A DNA stretch of 64,000 nucleotides from Planctomycetota bacterium (GTDB lineage: Bacteria; Planctomycetota; Planctomycetia; Pirellulales; Pirellulaceae): NCBI GenBank assembly GCA_014238905.1, contig JABAAE010000012.1, positions 104,156 to 168,155 of the forward strand, in the 5' to 3' direction. Shown here piece by piece: positions 28,277 through 36,200 of this stretch; position 1 is the first letter of the stretch; each line of letters starts with the position of its first letter. A program made the translations under genes and the position numbers. The notes beneath the pieces were generated by a model. The model saw nothing but the letters and a program-made list of their open reading frames with translations, had not been told where the DNA came from and searched no databases.

Positions 28277-28945
28277 TTACTTCGACAGTAACTCAGCCTG
28301 CTGCACCAAAGCTTCGATTTCGTAATCGGCATCTAGTTTGGATTCCGGACCTTTAAACCTGATGATCCCCTTCGCGTCGATCAGCATCGCATACCCGGCT
28401 GCGTCGAGTTCAAGCGTGTCTGCGATATCAGGTATTCCTTGATCCTCGCGACTGGAGAATGATCTCCAGGAGACTTCGTATTTTTTTTCCATGGATGCAA
28501 CATCTCCACCATCCTCGCCCATGTTGACACCAAGTATGACGAAAGGACGACCTTTGTACTTCTTAACGAGCGACCGCTCGTGTGGAATACTGTCCACGCA
28601 AGTCGTTCACCAACTGGCCCAAGTGTCGAGCAATATGACTTTGCCCTTATAGTCAGCCAGTGAGAATGTTGTGTTTTGGGCATCGCTTCCAGAAACATCA
28701 GGTAACCTTTGGCCGGGTAAGTTGCCCTCCGGCGTCGTTGCAGCGTCGAGTTCGCCAAACGGTAATTTCGATACTATTTGCTGGCTGGCTGGGTCTTTGG
28801 TTGCCAAGCTTTTTTTTTGCCCCTTGTCTTCTCCACTGCCGCAACCGTTGAACCCAAGAGCTGTGATGATGGCAATGCCGTACACCAAGGGTCCCATCCG
28901 TCTAAAGAAGTACCAGGAAGTTTCATGGTTGTGGTTGTTGATCAT
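28277..28945 (-). CDS. TlpA/ResA-like thiol:disulfide oxidoreductase lipoprotein with TGA at the active-site position (W-A-S-W-U-T-T-C): candidate selenoprotein
   Basis: ORFs 28607..29071 and 28277..28597 share a frame. The codon at 28607..28609 is TGA, and three codons later the second ORF begins. Joined: ...FSLADYKGKVILLDTWASW-TGA-TTCVDSIPHERSLVKKYKGRPFVILGVNMGEDGGD... This matches the WCxxC...P(+8)...KY...LGVN spacing of the TlpA/ResA/CcmG family. The likely start is the ATG at ~28945 (MINNHNHETSWYFFRRMGPLVYGIAIITALGFNGC). Confidence 0.7.
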
Positions 28946-29168
28946 GGCGTTCCGGTGTTGATTAAGGTTGAACGGTAGCGAGCCTGACGCTGGTAGCAGA
29001 AACCAGGATCTATTCGAAATCGCACCCTGGATCTTCGGCCCTTTTCGGCGATGGGCGGCAACGCACCACACCCCTAGCGTTATCTATGATACGGTTGAAC
29101 ACTTAACAATCCAATATCGTTCGCATCATTGTCTAACCACTTTGGAAATATCAAGGATCGGCTACCGC

Positions 29169-29708
29169 ATGCAAAACCACGGACCTTGGAAAATATTACA
29201 TACCGATTCGGTTTACCGTGATCCTTACGTGGAAGTGACCAGGGATGATGTCATCCGTCCGGATGGAAAACCCGGTACCCATGTCAAAGTATTTATGAAG
29301 CCGGGGGTTTCCGTTCTTGCGATGGATGCTCAAAAAAACGTCTACCTGACCCACGAGTTCCACTATGCCATCGGCCGCTATTCGACCGAATTGGCAAGTG
29401 GTGGAATCGAGAAGGGTGAATCGGCTCTTTCTACCGCTCAACGCGAATTGCGCGAAGAATTAGGGATTGTCGCCAACGACTGGCTGGATCTTGGGAGCGT
29501 CCATCCGTTCACGACTATTATTGAATCCCCAACCCAATTATATCTGGCAACGGATCTTACCTTTACCGAAAGTGCACCCGAGGGTACCGAGCTGATTGAT
29601 TGTGTTAAGATGAAACTCTCGGAGGCTATTGACAAAGTGCTTGCTGGAGAAATTTTTCATGCACCCAGTTGTGTGGCGATTTTAAAATCGGCGACGCTAG
29701 TCAAGTGA
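29169..29708 (+). CDS. NUDIX hydrolase (ADP-ribose pyrophosphatase-like)
   Basis: ORF 28968..29708; the likely start is the internal ATG at 29169 (MQNHGPWKIL). This avoids overlap with the divergent TlpA-like gene. Nudix box GGIEKGESALSTAQRELREELGI. Confidence 0.75.
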   Translation: MQNHGPWKILHTDSVYRDPYVEVTRDDVIRPDGKPGTHVKVFMKPGVSVLAMDAQKNVYLTHEFHYAIGRYSTELASGGIEKGESALSTAQRELREELGIVANDWLDLGSVHPFTTIIESPTQLYLATDLTFTESAPEGTELIDCVKMKLSEAIDKVLAGEIFHAPSCVAILKSATLVK

Positions 29709-30008
29709 AACCCATCTGCTTTGATGGATAGTCATTGCCCGGTGACTTCTCAGCCGGGAATCGCCTTGTTAGAGCGTATGAGTCATGGTGGCGGTTGCAT
29801 TCTAAAGTTGCAATTACCGTCGTCTTCGGTACTAATTGGCCGAAGGGGTAATGTCCCGAAAATGCAACCAATGGAATGTGCCTCCGGTGAGACTTTGCTA
29901 ATCGGTTTTGGATAATCAGGAAAAGGAAATTTTCCCAATATTTTCCTTTGTGAGTCGAATACCATCATTATGAGTCAGACCGTCAGGGTCCTGTCAGGAG
30001 AAACTAAC

Positions 30009-30677
30009 ATGCAAATCGTATTCGAATGGTTTCAACCCATCAATTTGCCCGCGACGGTCCTTTTGATCCTGTGCCTTTTTTACTGGCTATTGGTCATCTC
30101 CGGAGTTTTGGGCATGGAATTATTTGATCTGGATGTCAATTTGGACACCAGCATCGATGGTTCCATGGACGTTGCTGACATAAGTGGCGCTGGCTTGATA
30201 TCCCGTGTGTTCCACTTTCTTCATATTGGGGATGTCCCCTTTATGATCGTTTTTTCAATTTTTTCGTTGTTTTTCTGGTTGTTCACTAATGTCGTTAATC
30301 ATACTTGGAATGCAAATCACGATTGGCTGATTGGGTTGATTGTGTTCGTGACGGCTATGGTCGGAGCGCTTGGGGGTACGAAGTTGATCCTCCAGCCCTT
30401 CCTGGGTTTTTTCAGGAGTTTTGACCATCGCGTCAAAAAAATGAATGAACATGTAGGTGAAAGCTGCATTGTGGATACGGCAGATGTTTCTGACAAATTT
30501 GGTGAAGGGCGGATTCAGACCGGCGAGTCACCAGTGATTATTCAAATCCGCAACCCGAATCGCTTCAAATTCGTTCGCGGTGATTCAGCGGAACTGGTTC
30601 GTTTTGACCAACGAGGTGGTTTTTTTGAGGTCCGCCCGATTGGCGAGAAAATGGATCCCGAGACGCAATCATCTTAG
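30009..30677 (+). CDS. NfeD-like/YqiJ-like membrane protein (OB-fold C-terminus), first gene of flotillin operon
   Basis: ORF 29970..30677; the likely start is the ATG at 30009 (caggagaaactaacATG). Three TM segments, then C-terminal OB-fold GESCIVDTADVSDKFGEGRIQTGESPVIIQIRNPNRFKFVRGDSAELVRFDQRGGFFEVRP, as in E. coli YqiJ. Confidence 0.7.
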   Translation: MQIVFEWFQPINLPATVLLILCLFYWLLVISGVLGMELFDLDVNLDTSIDGSMDVADISGAGLISRVFHFLHIGDVPFMIVFSIFSLFFWLFTNVVNHTWNANHDWLIGLIVFVTAMVGALGGTKLILQPFLGFFRSFDHRVKKMNEHVGESCIVDTADVSDKFGEGRIQTGESPVIIQIRNPNRFKFVRGDSAELVRFDQRGGFFEVRPIGEKMDPETQSS

Positions 30678-30745
30678 AGAGTAACGTCATCACACATCTT
30701 AGAGAGTAACGTCATCACACATCTTAGAGAGTAACGTCATCACAA
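30670..30745. repeat. 25-bp tandem repeat x3 (atcttagagagtaacgtcatcacac) beginning on the stop codon of the NfeD-like gene
   Basis: Three contiguous copies: two perfect, then one 24-nt copy with a degenerate tail. The TAG stop (30675..30677) lies inside copy 1. Confidence 0.85.
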
Positions 30746-30907
30746 AGAGTAATGTTGGAGACCGGGAACTTGGTGGCCAGTCGAAATATTCGGATTGACC
30801 ATCCTAATCCGAATTTCCCGTCTATTTTATTGAAAACTGACGGTGTTCTGCCCTGCAATTAAAAAATATGGCGCATAGTTTAACATCAAACCATTGGAGA
30901 TATTAAT

Positions 30908-33094
30908 ATGCCATCAATACCGAGTTTTCTTCTTGGACAAGGTGACGCGGGTCTAGCAAATGTGTCGGGATCCCTGATTCCGCCATGGGTCATGTACACG
31001 CTGACGACGATTGCCATCTTGGTCGTTCTGACATTCGGTATTCTTGCGTTGTACGCGTATTTCTTCAAAAAGGTGGCTCCCGGAACCGCATTGGTGATTA
31101 CCGGTCGAGGAAAGATGGATGTGACGTTCACAGGTAAAATTGTGATCCCCATTTTTCACCGCTATGAAATCATGGACATATCTGTCAAACGAATCGAGAT
31201 CGATCGGAGTGGAACGGACGGTCTGATCTGTCAAGACAATATTCGGGCGGATATCAAGGTTGCCTTCTTTTTGCGAGTCAACAACAAGATCGAAGCGGTG
31301 TTGGATGTAGCTCAGAGCTTGGGCTGTCAGCGGGCATCTCACCAGGATGCACTGGAAAGTCTCTTTGAACCAAAGTTCTCGGAAGCATTGAAATCGGTTG
31401 GTAAACAATTCGACTTTGTGGATCTGTATAACTCGCGAGAGACGTTTCGTGATGAGATCAAAAAAGTCATTGGTCAAGATCTTAATGGATTTTTTCTTGA
31501 CGATGTTTCCATCGACTATCTGGAGCAAACGTCTTTGGAATTGTTGGATCCCAACAACGTACTCGATGCAGAGGGTATTAAGAAAATTACTGATTTGACC
31601 GCCCAGGAGCAGGTGCGAGCAAACTTTATCCGCAGGGAAAAGGAAAAAACGATCACCAAGCAGGATGTAGAAGCTCGGGAAGCGATTCTGGAGTTGGAAA
31701 AGCAGCAAAAAGAGGCAGAGGAAAAGCAACAGAGAGAGATCAGCGAAATCAAATCTCGTCAACGATCGGAGGCGGAGATCGTTTCGCAGCAGGAACGGCA
31801 ACGAAGTGAAACGGCCAGGATTTCGGCGGAAGAAGAGATCTTTGTGGCCGAAGAAAACAAGCAACGATCAGTCATTGTTGCGGAAAAGAGCAAGGTTCGG
31901 ACGGATCAGGTCGAGACCGAACGAGTCGAAAAAGACCGTTTGCTTGAGGTTACCGAACGGGAGAGGGTCGTTTCCCTTGCCGATATCGACAAAGACAAGG
32001 CGATCGAAGTTGAAAAGAAGCACATACAGGATGTCATTCGCGAGCGGGTAATGGTCGAGCGAGCGGTCGTCGAAGAAGAGGAAAAAATCAAGGACACAAA
32101 GGAATTCGCATTTGCTGACCGATCGAAGCAGGTTGCGGTGACCAAGGCAACTGAAGAAGCCGAACAACGATTGGTGAAAGAAGTTCAGGCAGCCGAGGCA
32201 GAGAAGCAATCGGCGACCAAACAAGCGGAGACCGTCGTGATCAATGCCGAAGCGGATCGATCTGCATCGGAAAAGAAGGCTGACGCCAAAAAAATGTTGG
32301 CTGATGCGAGTCGGGTGGAAGTCGCGTCTACGGGCTTGGCTGAAGCGGAAGTCTTGCAAAGCAAAGCCGAGGCGGAGGCTCGCGGTGATGAAGCGAAGGC
32401 AACGGCGTTGCAGAAAGTGGGTCTGGCCGAGGCCACAGTACTCCAGAAAAAACACGAAGCCGAGGCAAAAGGTCAGGAAGCCTTGGCAACCGCAACGGAG
32501 AAAACCGGAACCGCAGAAGCGACGGTCCTGGAATTGAAATTCTCGGCGGATGCCAAGGGAATCACTCAAAAGGCTGAAGCCATGAAGCTGTTTGATGGAG
32601 TTGGAAGGGAACATGAAGAGTTCAAGATCCAGCTGAACAAAGAGAAAGATATCGAATTGGCCGCAATCGATGTTCAAAAAGACATCGCTGAAGCTCAGGC
32701 AGAGCTGGTTGGCGAGGCATTGAAAACCGCGAAAATCGACATCGTCGGTGGAGACAACAAGTTCTTTAACAGTTTGGTTGGCTCGATTACCGCAGGTAAG
32801 CAGGTGGACCGTCTGGTTGGAAATAGCGAAGTGCTGGGTGATGTTAAGGAGACATTTTTTAACGGGAACCCTGATTTCTTCAAGTCGCAGCTGCAGGAGT
32901 TTGTTGATCTGTTCGGCGTCAGTTCAGATGATCTGAAAAATCTCACGATTGCAGGATTGATCGGTAACATGTTGAGCCAGTCCAGCAACGATGTTGGAAT
33001 GATTGGGCAGCTTCAAAAAATGCTGAATAATGCGACCCAAATGGGCATCGCCAATAACTCAGCGAGCAGCCTGAATCTTGGTCCAAAGAAGTAA
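30908..33094 (+). CDS. Flotillin family protein (SPFH/band-7 domain plus long coiled coil; YqiK-like)
   Basis: N-terminal TM, then SPFH block TALVITGRGKMDVTFTGKIVIPIFHRYEIMDISVKRIEIDRSGTDGLICQDNIRADIKVAFFLRV. A ~350-aa E/A/K/Q-rich coiled coil follows, then a C-terminal globular tail. RBS ggagatattaatATG. The antisense ORFs 30953..31864 and 31868..32677 are codon-bias artefacts. Confidence 0.85.
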   Translation: MPSIPSFLLGQGDAGLANVSGSLIPPWVMYTLTTIAILVVLTFGILALYAYFFKKVAPGTALVITGRGKMDVTFTGKIVIPIFHRYEIMDISVKRIEIDRSGTDGLICQDNIRADIKVAFFLRVNNKIEAVLDVAQSLGCQRASHQDALESLFEPKFSEALKSVGKQFDFVDLYNSRETFRDEIKKVIGQDLNGFFLDDVSIDYLEQTSLELLDPNNVLDAEGIKKITDLTAQEQVRANFIRREKEKTITKQDVEAREAILELEKQQKEAEEKQQREISEIKSRQRSEAEIVSQQERQRSETARISAEEEIFVAEENKQRSVIVAEKSKVRTDQVETERVEKDRLLEVTERERVVSLADIDKDKAIEVEKKHIQDVIRERVMVERAVVEEEEKIKDTKEFAFADRSKQVAVTKATEEAEQRLVKEVQAAEAEKQSATKQAETVVINAEADRSASEKKADAKKMLADASRVEVASTGLAEAEVLQSKAEAEARGDEAKATALQKVGLAEATVLQKKHEAEAKGQEALATATEKTGTAEATVLELKFSADAKGITQKAEAMKLFDGVGREHEEFKIQLNKEKDIELAAIDVQKDIAEAQAELVGEALKTAKIDIVGGDNKFFNSLVGSITAGKQVDRLVGNSEVLGDVKETFFNGNPDFFKSQLQEFVDLFGVSSDDLKNLTIAGLIGNMLSQSSNDVGMIGQLQKMLNNATQMGIANNSASSLNLGPKK

Positions 33095-33231
33095 TGATGT
33101 TTGGGATGCCGGCTGGTTGATCCAAATCAGCCCGGCGATGTCCATCCTGTCTCCGGCAGGATTCGAAACAAGGGTGATTTGGCCCAGGCGTTTCGACGAT
33201 GTGAGTTCAATCCAATTTCTTTGAATTACCA

Positions 33232-36200
33232 ATGGCTGAAGACCCTGAACAATCTGCTGAATCCGCTGAGCCGCAACTCGAGCGATCTACCTACGAAATC
33301 ATTCGTAACAGGTTGCAAAGTCATGCTCAGGAGCTTCGTTCTCGCTTGGGACGATTGAACGATGAGCGGCGAGAGGTCTTTGGTTCGATAGAGACCAAGC
33401 TCGTGGAAACCGCTCGTATTACCACCGACCATAATTGCGTTCCTCGCGACATGGTGCCCATTGGCGATCGGTTTATTTTCGGATTCAATGTTCTGATTGG
33501 CTTAAGGTCCGAAATTAACCTTAATGACGTCTTCGCCGTCCAGAAATTTGAGAATCAAAGCTTTCATCCCGAAGATCTGACTCTCCTGAACCAGGACAGC
33601 CTGCGTCATGATTTCAAGGAGATTTACAAGTATTACAAAACAACTACGTTCGCCAAATTTCATGTAATAGCGCCAAATGTCTACATGGTTTTCAAGGTGG
33701 GCAAGTCGGCACGCGACGTCAAAGCCCTGAAATTCCTGATGGACGGCGACCAGTTAACCTATCTCGATAATCGGAATGATCACGAGGTGGTTTTTCCACC
33801 GAAGCACGGTTTTCAATGGACCAGGACTCGCCGGGATTTGCACCGAAGTGGTCAACATCCTCACATCTCCGTGGATGATAGGGTTTTTGTGGAAACGATC
33901 GGTGGGGATCTAACCGTCAAGGTCGAAGATAACACTGAAGCTGGCACAGGGATTTATTCGGAACCGGTCGATGATCCCGACCAAACGTTGGACGATGCTG
34001 AGATTTTTTATGCGATCGTCGGAAATATCATTTTGCTTAAGATCCGGCCCTTCAAAGAAGAAGTTTTTCGATACCTTGTTTTCAATGAAAAAACCCAATC
34101 GGTGACGCGACTGGATACGATTGAAAATTCCTGTGTGTTATTGCCAGAAGACCACGGTCTTATTTTTTCCAACGGTTATTATCTGCAAACCGGCGAGTGG
34201 AAGATTTTCGAGAGTGACATCAGGGATCTGGTTTTCGAAAAACGGATTGCTTCTCCCAACGGTGAGGACTACCTCTACGTTTTTTACAATCAGGATTCAG
34301 GCGATTATGTCATCCTTCCCTACAATATGATTGAGCAGCAGGTGCTCACTCCTATCGTCTGCAATGGTTATTCACTTTTTGATGACGGGCATCTTGCGTT
34401 TTTCAAATCGGAGGGTAATCCACAAAAGCACCATGCAATGCAAATCTGGCAAACGCCGTTTGTGGGGCAGGATTTTGAAGCAACAACACAATCCGATAGC
34501 TATCTTTTCAAGCTGGGGAACAAGGATGTCGTCAGGGCGATGTCCGAATGCCATGAAATCATAGGACTGATTGAAAAAGACGATTCCTATGCCAATCTTT
34601 ATGTTGACCTTGTCAAGAAAACCACGGACGTCCTGGATTCCTATTTTTGGATTTCAAACAAAGAGACTTTTGATCTCGGGGAGACACTTGAGGAAATCAA
34701 GGCGGCTGCTGTTGCGGCAGTTGATGAATTCGACAAGGTCGTGCGGGTACGGAAAAATACCAATACCCGGTTTGCAGAGTCGTCTGGCAAGGTTGGCAAA
34801 GTGCTGTCGTCGGCTGCCAGTCGTATGTTTCGACACATTGACGAATTTGTTGATTCCCTTGCCGAGTTGCGTGTTGTCCGCGGAGAGGTCATCTCGTTAC
34901 GCGAACTGAAATATGTTGATCTGGCTGCTGTTGACCGGCTTGAAAAAGATGTCGAAGAGAACACTTCCAGGATCTCCAAGCGGTGTGTTGATTTTTTGTT
35001 GCGTGAGGATTCGCTTGCACCTTATGTCGCCCGTGTTCAATCCCAGCGGGAAGCGGTTGAGGCCTTGGAGAAGGTCACCACTGCCAAAAAGCTTGACGAA
35101 GAAATTTCTGCCGGTTCGACAGAGCTGGAGATGTTGATTGATATTGTCAGTAATTTGGATATTGATGATGCGACGCAACGCACGCGGATTATCGACAGTA
35201 TCTCGACCATTTACTCCCAGCTTAACCAGGCTCGCGCCTCACTGAAGAAAAAGACCACCGAGTTGCTCTCTGTTGAGGGAATTGCCGAATTCAACTCGCA
35301 GATCAAGTTACTTAGCCAGGCGGTTGTCAACTATCTTGATGTTTGTGACACACCGGAGCGGTGTGACGAGTACCTCACCAAGATGATGGTGCAAATCGAA
35401 GAGTTAGAAGGGCGATTTGCAGAGTTTGATGAATTTATCATCCAGCTGTCGGAAAAACGAGAAGAGGTTTACCAGGCTTTCGACACCCGGAAAATTGGAC
35501 TGGTCGAATCTCGAAACAAACGGGCAGCGGCGTTGATGAGCGCCTGTGATCGTATTCTCAGCGGGATCAAGACCCGGGTTAGTAACTTCGACTCGGTGAA
35601 CGAGATCAACAGCTACTTTGCCGCTGATTTGATGATCGAAAAAGTCCGGGATATTATTGAGCAATTGAAGGAACTTGACGACAACGTCAAGGTGGACGAT
35701 ATCCAGAGCCGATTGAAATCGACTCGAGAAGATGCGGTTCGCCAATTAAAAGACAAACAGGAATTGTTTGTCGACGGTGAAAACGTCATCAAGTTTGGAA
35801 AACACAAGTTTTCTGTAAATATCCAGACGCTCGATCTGACGACCGTTCTCAAGGATGGTGAACTCTTTTTTCACCTGACCGGCACAGATTTTATGGAGGC
35901 GGTTACCGACGAATCCCTATTGGCTACCCGAGACGTTTGGGACCAGGAGATCGTCTCAGAAAACTCCAGTGTTTATCGGGGAGAGTACCTCGCTTATCAA
36001 CTCCTGAAAAGCATAGAGGCCAAGGGGCCTGCTGCGGCCAAGGAGGTCTTGGGTTTGGAATCCGAATCGCTGACCGATTACGTTCAGAAATTTATGGCTC
36101 CCCGATACGCTGAGGGGTATGTAAAAGGCGTTCAGGATCACGATGCGGCTCTGATTCTTTACCAATTACTCGACTTGAAAGCCAGCATCGGTTTGCTTCG

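Noticed and set aside
28607-28609. Whole-genome UGA reassignment (UGA=Trp or Gly, codes 4/25) as the explanation for the in-frame TGAs
   Set aside because: About nine genes in the window terminate correctly at TGA with expected C-termini (hemC, tkt, NUDIX, DJ-1, RND, PSCyt and others). In the TlpA-like gene the TGA aligns with a catalytic Cys, which fits Sec and not Trp or Gly.
30953-32677. Long minus-strand ORFs (303 aa and 269 aa) antisense to the flotillin gene
   Set aside because: They are low-complexity Leu/Phe/Arg-rich translations produced by the GAA/AAG/GCN-rich coiled-coil codons of the sense strand. They have no start context or domain features. Flotillin on the plus strand is unambiguous.
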